From positions 18,833,820 through 18,897,819 of the forward strand of contig CM119264.1 in NCBI GenBank assembly GCA_051294375.1: a stretch of DNA of 64,000 bases. Reading direction: 5' to 3'. A program made the translations under genes and the position numbers. The stretch comes from Paraspadella gotoi (lineage: Eukaryota > Animalia > Chaetognatha). Shown here piece after piece: positions 51,653 to 64,000 of this stretch (positions within the stretch are counted from its first letter, which is position 1; each line of letters opens with the position of its first letter). The notes under the pieces were generated by a model. It made no database searches and was not told the origin of the DNA. It worked only from the letters and a program-made list of their open reading frames with translations.

Positions 51653-53963
51653 CCTCTTATCTTTCGCTATCTCTCTTTTTCTGTAAACTGTAGGTTTTTC
51701 TTGCTGCCCGGTTCAAATTCTGAGCCCTTCATGTTATTATTAATTAGTGCTCAATTTAGATTTCCTTGCCATTTTTTTTATTTCAAGAAGACGAAGGAAA
51801 TTTTTTTTTTTTTGCCCCTCCTCGATTTTATTCGCGAGTTTTAATATTAATTCTATTGAGTTTTAAAATAAAATTTAACGATGAGAGAATAAGAAAAGGA
51901 TATCGGAGGAGAAAATTTGAGCGTGTTTTTCTCTCGCAGAAAAATCATTTATTGCTAGATCAAGTCAAAAAATCCTAGACCTGCAATTTTTCTCTCCGGT
52001 GGGTGGGGGGGGGGAAGAACCCGTTAAGGAGAGGTGCACGAAAAGGCAGAATTGGAAAAAAAATATAGAGAAACAAAATGTCATCCATCATTTTTCTTCC
52101 AAATTTTTTCGGGTCGCTGATTCGAAGGAGAAAATGAATAAAGGGTGGACAAAAAAAGTGAATAATCCATTGCATTTTCTGTTCGAGAAAATATTTTTTG
52201 GTATATTTTATAGGTTGCTAAAGAGTGATGATTGTTTTGGCATTGAAAAACCGTAACTGCCAAAATATCTGGCAATTTTTTTATTTTTATTAAAGTAACT
52301 CTCATTGCAAAAAATTACTCTTTATTAAATTCAGAACGATCCTACATTTTATAATCCCTAAATGGGGAAAAACGATTTTTTTCAATTTATTATCTAAATA
52401 AGTTGATTTAAAAGACTGAAAATATTATTATTTTTGACATCTTGTTTTGTAGCTATGCGATTTAAACTCTTTTTTTTCTCCTTCAGAAACGTCTGCGAAC
52501 AGGCGAAGCAAGGCTGCGCGCCCATAATGCGACAATACGGGTTCGCCTGGCCGGAGCGAATGAATTGCGACGGTCTCCCCGAATATGGAGACTCCAACAA
52601 CCTCTGCATGGGTTGGGAGTACAACGCCACCAACGATGGTTCTACTCCTCCGCCAAACGTTGCAGGCGGCGGGGCCACCCCGCCCTCGCCCTCCGGCGGC
52701 GCCGCTGGCGGTTCTGGCGGCGAGTCGGACAGCGCCGGAAAGTGTAGGTGCAGTTGCCGCGACAACCTGGTCCCCCTGACTCGAGAGGATCACGCAGAAG
52801 TGTTTGACCGCGGGATCGTGACTGGTTCCGTGCCCAACTGCGCCAAGCCCTGTCGCTCGATGTACTTCAACGACGATGAACGAGCTTTCGTGTCTTTCTG
52901 GATTGGCCTGTGGGCGATCCTCTGCGGCCTCTCCACCCTCCTCACATGCCTCACTTTCTTCATCGACATGGAGAGGTTCCAGTATCCGGAGCGGCCTATA
53001 ATTTTCATGTCCGGCTGCTACCTGATGGTCAGTGTCGGCTACGTGGTCCGCCTGGCGGTCGGTCACCAAGAGATCGCCTGTTCAGGTGATATCGTCCGCT
53101 ACAACGCCACCGGCCCCGCCATATGCACATGCGTCTTTATCCTCATCTACTTCTTTGGCATGGCAGCCTGCATCTGGTGGGTATGCCTCTCATTCACCTG
53201 GTTCCTGGCCGCGGGTTTAAAATGGGGCTCCGAGGCCATCGCCTCCTACTCTCAGTATTTCCACCTGGCCGCCTGGTTTCTGCCCGCCGTGAAGACAGTG
53301 GCCGTGCTGGCGATGTCCTCAGTGGACGGGGATCCCGTTAGCGGCATCTGCTACGTGGGCAACCAGGACGTTGGCAACTTGCGGGGATTCGTTCTGGCGC
53401 CGCATTGCGTATACCTCGTCGTTGGCATCCTCTTCCTCCTCGCCGGCTTCGTCTCCCTCTTCCGCATCCGCAGCGTGATCAAGCGCCAGGGCCATGGCCG
53501 AACCGACAAGTTGGAAAAACTCATGATCCGCATCGGCATCTTTACGGTTTTGTATACCGTACCGGCCTCCATCGTCATCGCCTGCCTCTTCTACGAACAG
53601 TACTACCGCGAGGCTTGGGAACACGCAAAGACTTGCTCGTGCGACGACGACGCCTCCGCTCTCGACGCTGTCACCGCCGCGGCTCCGCTTTCGCGACGGC
53701 CTCTACGGCCTGACTATGCCGTCTTTATGCTCAAGTACTTCATGTGCCTGGTAGTCGGCATTACGTCGGGCTTTTGGATTTGGTCCGGCAAGACGGTCGA
53801 GTCTTGGCGAAAGTTCTACATGGGCAGCGTGTGCCGTCGAGGCGGCGAAGACTGCGCCCGTGTCGCCGGCGGTCCAAACTCTCCGTCGCCAGCACATCAG
53901 CTGCTCTACTGCAAGAGCATCACCCCGCCACCCTCAAAGAATCTGCCCGTTAGTCACGTTTGA
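48710..53963 (+). CDS. fz5/8: Frizzled-5/8 Wnt receptor (~588 aa from the signal-peptide ATG; 2 coding exons)
   Basis: Exons 48710-48999 and 52487-53963 (phase-2 intron; an upstream in-frame ATG at 48368 is possible). [49 protein letters not shown]; 7TM region with YPERPIIF and [10 protein letters not shown]; KTVESW (KTxxxW); C-terminal VSHV PDZ motif as in Fz5 and Drosophila Fz2. Confidence 0.96.
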
Positions 53964-56900
53964 GAGGAAAGCCTTAAGTTGAGCGCCCACTGCCCACTTC
54001 CCAGTGCCCACCTTTTCCCTATTTTGGCCTCCTTACCTTTGATCCTAGAATAACCCTTACTTTCCCTTTTTTTTTACTTCTTGCCACTTTTTTCTAGTTC
54101 TAATATCCGGTGCTTTTTGCCCAATTTTGTTTCCCTTTTTCGCTCCTCTTACGAAAGCCTCAATCCCTCCTTATCCCTAATATAAGCTATGAACACTGTT
54201 TATTGCCTTTTAATTAATGATTATTATTATTATGGTACTACAAATGAGTTTCAAATTCTCACAATAATGAAAATACATAATTTTTCCAAGATATCCAGTT
54301 ATTCTTCCATGCTTCCACACAGGGTTTATCATTCGTCTCGTTGTGGTATTATTTTTCATTTCATGAAAGTCTGCTCCGATCCGTACAGACAACTTAAAAA
54401 CTTTCTTTGATCATCAGTTTAAAATGCGTACAGGCTCCTGTACAGGGTACAATATCCAGATTTTAAACCCAATTTGCTAGATTTGTTTTAATGTTTGCCT
54501 TTTAGTTTATTTTTAATTATTATTATTATTATTTGTCTGAATGTTTGTATGTTTGTGATCTGTCATGCGTCTCATTGAAGCTGTTTAATCGAAAATTCAG
54601 GGTGCAGAAATGTTTTCGACTAGATAAATGTGATAGTTAGAATAAATGTCACTATATATTATATTGTTGATGCTTGATCTTTGTAATGTGGTCAAAAAGA
54701 GAGACTTTGCCTTTGAAAATTTCCTTTGAAAATTATAAGCACTGGCCACTCGCCCACAATTCTGTGATAAATAAGTTTTTAAAAGAGAATGTAAATAGTG
54801 ATGTTTTTGTTTTTAAGAAGTAGTAATTTTGTAAATAGACGCATTTTTACTTTCATGCTCACTAATACTCCAATTCGATTCGATTATCAAAAACCAATTT
54901 TCGAGGTTGTTTGCATTAAATACGTACACTACAAACCAATTCAGTGCCACTTTATCGCATTTGTTGGCTCCAAAGATTACTTTTACTCTTTCTTCCCCCA
55001 ATCCTTTTTCTAATACCTTCTCTCGGTCCTCGCTCTCCTTCCATTCTTACCCATCCATTCAATTTCTCGTTTTGACTCTCTTTGCCTTTACAGCACAAAA
55101 AAAAACAAAACAAACTAAAAGTGGTATTTAAAACAGTTTTTCGTGTTATTGAATGTTTTTTGTAGTTTTTAGAATTGTATGTATAAATAAGCTGTTAGTC
55201 GCTTTTTGTCGCATTGGCATTTCTTAAGCCCTACAAATCAACGAGGTCTTTATTTTAATTATTCAATCATCTTCAATATTATTCTAGCCAATTTTTTTAA
55301 AAAAGTTTTTACTCGAATAATAAAATTAATGGAACTTCTCGAAGGGTTTGATTTTTGCTTTGATAACATCCGGCCAACGGTAGGAAGGCATCATTAATCA
55401 CAGCTACTTTACGTATATCAGCTTTTTTTTTGTCGATATCTTCTTCCACTCTTTGACATGAGAGGAACTTTGTCAAAAAGGAGATCAAGAGATATGTGAT
55501 AATTGAAATAAACGTAATAGACTAAAGAGTAGCAGTTTATAAAATAGTATAGAAGAGAGGGTCGCCTGTTACCTCAAAGAAGTATTAATCGTGATTCGTT
55601 ACTACTTACCTTCGACGACAGCAACATCTAGAACAATCCAACCTCACGGTCATTTTCAAAAAAAAATTAAAATAAAAACTTTTAGATATAAGATAGATAC
55701 GACGAATAAAACCAACGAAGAATAGTTACTGGCAATTTGAATAATGCATACTCTATTATAATGAACGATATTTTTACTATACAATACAATTGAATCTTAA
55801 ATGTAAATTTTCTCGCCCAATAAGTAATGAAGGACCCACACTTCGATGCGCTGCTCTCTTCGATCTTTTCGAATGCAGTGATTTCGCCAAAAACGATATT
55901 CTCGGCGAAGGATAGGGCGAAAGCTCGAGTCAGCTCCGCCGTTTGCACCTTTGGATGGCAGAAAAGGAGTTAAACCTCACAAATTATAACCTCAGAACAG
56001 ATTTCTAGCCTTCGCTCCAAAAAAAAGTTCGATCCCCTCAAGTTCCACTTGGCAGCTTAGAGATCGGGGCCAAGCGTCGTCCTCGTCGTCGTCTTCTCCG
56101 CCGTCGCCGGCCTGCCTCCGCTATTATTATAATCCCCTCATTACAAGAGATTACGAGGACAATGCTGTTTCTTAATTCTTCCAAAACGACAAGGGGAAAA
56201 AAAAAAGTCCACCACCCCGGATGATAAGGAGAAATTGGGATGGTGGCACATTGAAGGGTTGGCCATATTACTTCTTTATTTCTTAATTTTTAAAAAGCTT
56301 ATAAAAATCTTACCGTCATAAGACCTAACAAGATATGGTTTAATATTCGCCGATTCCGTCTTGGTGGTCCTTAAGCATTTTTTCACTACTTTGAATAAAT
56401 AAATTTTTCATCTTCAAAAGTAAATAAATTTTTTTGGGGGGTTTGTTCCTTATATTTGCGAAAAAATGGCAGTTTCACGGAGAAATAAAAAGGGTTTTAG
56501 TGAAAAATGAGACCGTAAGTTGAAAAGATTTTAATTTTTCATGAACATCGGTTCGTTTACTCTCAATACACGACCAAAAAAATCACAGGTTTCGTCAGAG
56601 TGCCGCAAAAAATTGGAAAAAAAAGTTTAGTATTTTTTGCCTCGTATTTTTCACCCTGACAGATTTTCCTTTTCCGTTCTCTTTTCTTTTTTTTTGGTTT
56701 CTTTTTTGTTCCATTGTTTCTCTCCTTCTCCCTCTCTCCGTCTTTTATTTCATTGAGTTGCGCTACTTTCCGTCGACCTCCTTAAAGATCGAATTTATCT
56801 TTGTCGTTTAACTTCTCTACGCTCCGCCGAATTCGAACAGAACGCCTTCGACCTCTCTTTCTCTTCTCTTTCTCGTTCTCTCCTCTCTTCCCTCTCTTCT

Positions 56901-57568
56901 CTTCCATTCCACATTAAGGGAGCCTAATGGAACCCTCGTCCTTCCTCATCCTCTTCTCTCTCCCATCGGCTTAAGCCGGGCGGTCCTTCTGGGCCCCTAT
57001 CCTTCTTTCCCTCCCTGTTCTCGAATTAGTTTTTTGTTTGTCTCTCTCCTTTTACTTTTCTTTTCCCTCATTCTGAGTGAGCTTAGCCTTAGCCTTAGGA
57101 ATATACCCCGTGTCAGCCTAAGCCGATCCATACCTCTCTTCTCCTCTCCCCTATAATTGGTTTAGGACAAGGGTTGGGTTTTTCATTTTTATTATGCTTA
57201 TTAAGCTTAAGGATTTCATCAAGCCAGGCTCAGCAATGTTTTATTTTATATTTTTAATCGCGTAGGTATGTATTTATTGTTTGATCCTTATAAATCTTGA
57301 TATTTTTTGACAAAGTTGAGGAATGACATAGTAAATGTTACAAGTTATGCCTTTTACTATACTTTAATACTTTAATTCCATGCAAAGTTTTGATGTATTA
57401 TAAACCAAGAAAGAGAGAGAAGCGAAAGATTTCCTTGTTTAGGTAAATCTCTTTCAGCCCTTTCCAGTCATCAGTCAACCTTCAAGTCTATTCACTGAAC
57501 TGAAGCAATGTCATTGATAAATGGATTTTTTCTTTTCTTTCTTTCAGTTGCCAAGCTGCCCTGCGATT

Positions 57569-57626
<58 letters not shown>

Positions 57627-57890
57627 ACTTTGCGTAATTCTATATCATGCTTCCTCAAGAGTTATTTTTATTTTTATCAAATTATGTTTTAGAAATAAAG
57701 TGCACGATTTTTTTAACTGAAAGTTGAAGGTGAATCGAAGCAATAGTTTTGTTTTATCAGTTCCCTTCGCCTCAATGCAAACGTTATCAATCATACTTAG
57801 CTCGGACTCTCCTGTCATACGATCGTCAATTTCGATACAGCAAATTTTTGACAATCGCTGGAGACGGTGTTCACCTCGTTAACTATATTC

Positions 57891-57971
<81 letters not shown>

Positions 57972-59073
57972 CTCTATTCCTGTCTCTTCATTCTTTCTCC
58001 ACCTCTCTCTTAATCAAAATCAGTAAAATATATCTGACACGGCGAGTAATTAACTTATAGTATAAAATTTAAACGTAAATCCAATTCTGTTGATAGCCAA
58101 TATAGCACGGTTAAAATAACATTAGGTAATGACAGAACATATTTTAAATTAATAGCCGAATGAAATACGCGACAGACCATTTTACTCTAATTTAGCTTAC
58201 GTCTCTCCCGTCGAGACCAGCCCCGATATCCTTTTTTATAAAATGATAAAATTTGATTTACGAATCAAGATTAAAACTTTTTAATCCGTTAAATCGGCTA
58301 CTAAGTTTGGAATTGATTATTGAGGGAATATCGAACTTGGCCACCTACATCGAATCTAACCTTTTTTTTTTCGTTTAGATGACAAACCATTTATCTTTAC
58401 TTTAATTAATATTCACGATTTTAAAAATGCTAAAGGGGTTCGAGACAAAGAATTTAATTGATTTTCGGTTGAGGAAACATAATTAATTGCGACTTAAAAA
58501 CGTGAAGTTGAAATTTTAACAACAAAATTAATCATCTTCTCGGAGGGACGAAAAAGTACGATGTGAGAGAAGGTTATGGAACACCAGCTTAATTCATTTT
58601 TTCTTTCCTTAATAGATAAAAATCTACTTCGAAAGGAAAATTTTACCGAAATTTTTTTTCGTAACCCTCCTTTTTTTTGGTTTTTTTTTCATTCTTTGGC
58701 AAAACTGGTTATTAAAACAACTATTTCTTTCCGTTCTCTGGATTTTTTCAAGAACTCATACCATCCCAATGCCCATTAAAGCATGTTCGACCTGGATCAA
58801 AGTAAGAATTTAAAGAGAGTCGACGGTCAATCAAGCTTTTTCTCCCTTCAATGACGACCGCACGTCGCTAACCCGACACAAATACACTGTCATTCCGATG
58901 CAAGCAGTGGCAACGCAAGCTGGGCCTCGAATGGAAGAACAAATAATTAAAAGGACGTTAAAAAGCTCTGAGGGTTTTTGGGAATTATTTGCCCAAGAAA
59001 AAAAAATTGGGGAAACAGAATCTCGGAGACGAGGGAAGGTTTCGACGACGAGAGGTAGATTAGGAAGACATGT

Positions 59074-59135
<62 letters not shown>

Positions 59136-60016
59136 CTCTTTGACCGAAAACTCGGTTTAATTTATTTTATTTTAAATTAAAGTTTCGAAAAATGATGGAG
59201 TGTTCGTTAAATTTGACAATTTTTTCATCAGATGAAATTTTTTAAAGTTCTAATGAGTAACAGGTCCTGTGAAACGTCGAATAATTAAATACGTCTTATG
59301 ACGTTTCTGCTTTTAAAATTCATCATTAGAATCACCAAATTTAACTGACCTCAGGATCTTGGCACTAAATTAGATATAAAATTATAATCATTCAGTTTCT
59401 AATATCTTTAAAAACGCAAATCTTTTTGTCAATTATTACCAAGTATTAGAATATCCCTCTACTCAATGAATATGAAATCGTTGGGAATTTTAACATCGCT
59501 TGTAACGAGGATCCCAACGCCTCGAATTCCCAAAATGTCAGACGAGGAAAACAAAAAAAATATTTAGACGACAAAAGGAAGAAACTATTCGTGGCAATTT
59601 CCATCCGCAGATTCGATGGAGAAAAGTTTTTTTAACTCGGAATGATATTTTGAGAGAGAGAAAGACAGAGAAAGAGAGACAGGGGGGGAGAGAGAGAGAA
59701 AGTTGGAAATTATGATGCTCGAAATCGAAGTTAACTTTTTGTCCTTTCTTTTCAGTCATCGCTCTCAGAAAACTAACAAATTATACATTAAATTATTTTC
59801 GACATTTCAGTATCCGCGTAGCCATTATCGTCGTCCGAGACGTAACATCGATAAAAAGACGGCCAATCAGACACTGCATTTTTATCCGTCCAATCAGATC
59901 TTGCGTCTCTGCTCCGGTGCCAGAGTGACGTCAAGCATCGACGCCTTCGTCATTAATCAAAAGAGAAAAGCAAAGAAGAAAAGAGGAGAAAAAAATCGTC
60001 GATGAAGATGGGAACG

Positions 60017-60131
<115 letters not shown>

Positions 60132-63100
60132 CCCTCCCGCAGTTGGAACCAGAACCGCTCGTTATAACCTAAAAAATGAAGCGGGTTTTTGTGTGGGAGG
60201 TCATGTGCCGGAGCCGTCCGGAGTATTACGGGGACCCGGGTCTGACAGGTCTGAGACGGAAAATTGATGGATGGACCGATTGATTGATTGATTTCGTCCC
60301 TCGTCGTGTTTGAGTTGTCGAGGCGTGGGCTTAATGAGTGGCACGAAAAAATGAGACAGAGGGAGATTGAGAGAGAGAAAGAGGTATTCGCGGTTTGTCC
60401 TATTTGCTAGAAAATAGATCAACAGTGGGTCTTCATTTGTAAAAATGTAAGTTGTAAGTTGTACGATATTGTATTTATGTACTTTTCTATTCTTTCAATC
60501 GTAATGACAAAACAGATAAACTTCAAATAAATAAACTTAGCTAAATAGTATTTAAATATGATTGGATTTCAAATGATTTTGGAAACAACTTCAACTTCAA
60601 TTCAGTTTCTTAAAACTCAAATTTCAGGATAAAATTGTTTTTTCTTGTGGACTTCAATTCGTTTTGTCAGTTGTCCCTAAAAATGAAGAAGCGCTCAGAT
60701 TTGGCGTGGATTGATGAGATCGCCTCGACCTTGTTTCTTGGGTGGCACGAGGTAAACCAATTTTCCGAAACACGAAATCCACGAGTTTTATTTTCATGGG
60801 CAACAAAAGCTCGCTCAATGTCAAATACAAAAAGAAAAACCAAACTAATTACTAATTTAGATTTCAATTCCAGCAGTTAGAGTCAATTATAACAATTAAC
60901 TCACCATAACCCACCATAGCCCATCAGGAGCAAGATAGCTTATTTCATGAATGAATAGTTTTTTTGATCTGTTGTACTAGGTAATTCATAAACTCCTAGT
61001 TAATTGTAGCAAGATGACGAATTCAATTCAATCTTTTGCTCCTGGGGTCTGGATAATCAAATCTTCAGGGTCGTAATAATTGATGCGACGAGGGCGTATA
61101 TAAACATGGGATTATCACGGCTTTTTTAAAAAGCGTTCTCGTGCCAGAGGAAGGCGTCCGGTCGTCAAACGCGAAAGTTCTGATTTTGGGACGTCTACAT
61201 CGATGTCGCGCCTCTGGGAAAAAATGTTAAATAATCAAAATCGTGTCTCCAATGACTTGATTGATTAATTGATTGTTTTAAATCGTGACTCCAATGGACC
61301 ACTGATTGCGTCGATGTTTCCAGTTCCAGGATGACAAAATTATGATATGATTACTATTGTGTTTAGCAAACGTCATTTTACCACCTTTTTTATTTTTCGT
61401 GCAGAAAGGACCCTTGAGGCAATGGAGTTTTTACGAGAGAGAACGGAGAACCAAGTACGACAGAGGACGAAGGAAGGAGAGGAAGGAAAGAAATTAGGCC
61501 GAAATAACGTAAAAGCGAAAAAAAAGCAGAGAGGAAAGAGCTGAGAGAGATAGGAAAGAGTAGATATCAGGAGAGAGCTCCATTGGCTAGACTGAAGAGA
61601 ATGGCGAAAGATCAGTTGAGACCGGACAACATGCAAACGAAAAGAGAATACTGAATACGTAAACACGGGAGGAGACAGGAAGGCGGAAATAAATAAAGGG
61701 TAGAGGAATTTGATGAGCAGGTAAAGGCAATGGCATATAGGAATTGGGAAAGCTACCAGAATCCCATCCGGTGGAGCCCAAAAGACGGACCTCGGCTAAT
61801 GGGAACATCGAGAATAAGACCCATAGAGCAAAGAGCAACTAGAAGACAGAGCAAGCTGCCATCGCTATTTCAAAAGAGTCCATAATTGTACAATGCATAT
61901 TGCATAACCTTTAAATTATTAATTAATTTCAGCGTCTTAAATCTCCTAGGATCTCCTATTTCACTCGGTTTTCCATTCCGTTATTCGCTCTTTCATAAAA
62001 GTCCAGTCTTACAAGGATGCTGCTCGCGGCGATGTTTGAGATTGAAATTTTGACTAAAGTGGGCGAAATATATAACAATCTTTTAAATATAAAATCTCAA
62101 AGAATATGATTTACAGATTACCAGAAGACTTCTTTACACCTGGGTTTTATGTCAAAGATTCTTGAAGGAGGATTTTTTTTTCTCCAGATTTTTATTTTCC
62201 GTTTCTTTGTTCCCGATAGATTTTTTTGTCATTTCCCGCTGAGTCGTTTGATAAAGAAGGGAGATATGGCAATATTTTTCGGTCTACTTCATTCTCAGAC
62301 TCGGTCCATTGATCCACCAGCATAAATGAAACAGGAAGAGAAATATTTTGTTCGATATACAACTCACCACTCACTCATGAGTAGTACAACTAGATTAATC
62401 GACCTACCTTGGCAAGTAGAACCGACTGAAAAATTTTGAAAATTTAATCCGAGCAGTAAAAGAATTATATATGTATGTAATTTTATTCGAATACAACAAG
62501 GTTGATTCAGTACAATCATCATCAACAGACAAACATAGACTAAGTCTGAGCAAACGAAAAACATAATAAAATAGAGAGAAAAAAAACAAAAACAGTTAAT
62601 TAAAAAAAATAATTAATTTAAAATTGTTCTTATGTTGTAAAAAACGGAACAAGTTTCTGATGAACAGTATTTTTCATTGTATAGATCTTTGAGATAAAGG
62701 TTTTTTATTATTAGAATTATAAATTATTCTATTATCTTACACTCAAACTGTGAAATGGTAAAAGACAAATATTGTCTAAACCTTGCAATTTTGATTTCCT
62801 GAAGTTGGCTATCGGACTCTCTCTCTCTTCCTGTCTCTCCGTCTCTCTTTCTTCCTGTTTCTCCTTCTCTCTCAATATTTCTCTTCTTTCTCTTTCTCCG
62901 TTCTCCAACTTGAGGGACGCGTGGAAAATCCTAAAAACCGTTTATCAATGTCGTTGTTGCGATGTTGTTTCATTTATCTTGGACGATATCGGGGGAGAAT
63001 CTCGACCCATGCCAGCGTGTTATGCATGAGATGGAAACGAGGTATGCATTAAAATGGTTCTGCTATGGAAATATAACTTCCTATCAGCGTTTCTTTCGAT

Positions 63101-64000
63101 AAACATAAATAAAAAATTATTGATACGGTATATGTATTGTGTAAGTTAATGTAAATAGTGCGTGTGTAATAATTTCAAAGCTAATCTGAGAATCTAAAAA
63201 ATGATGCCTTATTGCAACTCTTTTATATCCTAATTTCTCAATTTTCGGTTTCTCTGTCGCCGATTTCGATTTGTATTCGGAAAGGAACATCTTGAGCTCG
63301 CTATCTCCATCGAACTTAAGAAGGATCATTTTTCAAGGGTTTTGCTTGGAACTGAGATATCAAATGGGTCGCGAAGATTGGATGTTCGAACACTCGGTCA
63401 ACTCGAATAAAGATCTCGAAAGGGAACCGGTGGCGTAGTTAGCGTTGATACCGAATATTCTCTGCGTAGGATATGGCGGAAGAATGTTTAAATTCGCAGC
63501 CAAAACAAATTTGATAAACTCAGAAGAACTCGAAGAGGCAGAGTCCGGACCCCGAAGCCCCTGCGCGCGAGGGTGCCCGTGCTTTCGTTTTCTTCGCTTG
63601 CTCCCTCTCGGAAACAGAGTCCTGCCGACGAACCCGCCTGAAATCGAAGATCCTCCCATTGACGAAGAGGCGTGAGCGTTTTGAATGATACTTATTTTTA
63701 GATATATCTTATATTTTTGGATCAAATTGGTTTTCGAAAGTTGCCACTAACGTAAATTTTAAAAGTGCCGTTTTGTTTTATTTTAATCACAAAACATTAC
63801 ATCAAAACTAAAGGTGTCAGTGTAATTCATAGTATTGCCGTGAAATGAAAAAAAGAGCAACGTTTTCTTGTAGTAGTCGGGTAGTCTCGTACTTAAAAAA
63901 AATTGTAAAAATAAGTAACAGTAACTATAAATATATATGCATAAAATTCTATAAACAAAAATAAGATTCCAGGTTCTTTCTTTTAGCATTTGCGTTGGCC

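Noticed and set aside
52394-53897. Antisense and alternative-frame ORFs over Frizzled (likewise over the kinase and lectin genes)
   Set aside because: Shadow ORFs of GC-rich coding sequence.
61587-62589. Possible minus-strand multi-exon gene fragments (also ~43740-44010, ~55590-55960)
   Set aside because: Splice-like sites exist, but no consistent frame or protein family could be established.

Overview
Animal (invertebrate-type) nuclear genomic DNA: AT-rich, dense in (GA/CT)n microsatellites, with GT-AG introns and scaffold N-gaps between 21.0 and 24.6 kb. Six protein-coding genes can be modelled. They are a single-exon secreted C-type lectin (-), a GT31 beta-1,3-galactosyltransferase-like gene (+; its 5' half appears twice, probably an assembly artefact), two tandem divergent ceramide-kinase-like genes (+), a secreted two-ShKT-domain gene (-), and Frizzled-5/8 (+). 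The most notable non-coding signal is a ~245-bp element present twice (3644-3889, 34826-35065). Each copy has TG...TA termini and its own 4-bp target-site duplication, folds into serial hairpins, and contains a circularly permuted (P5-type) twister ribozyme motif. This suggests a twister-bearing solo LTR or retrozyme-like mobile element. Two independent head-to-head pairs of Penelope-type minimal hammerhead ribozymes (11.4-12.7 kb and 24.65-24.77 kb), Helitron/Helentron-like repeats and other structured GC-rich islands are also present. All calls come from manual reading; no database searches or folding programs were run.
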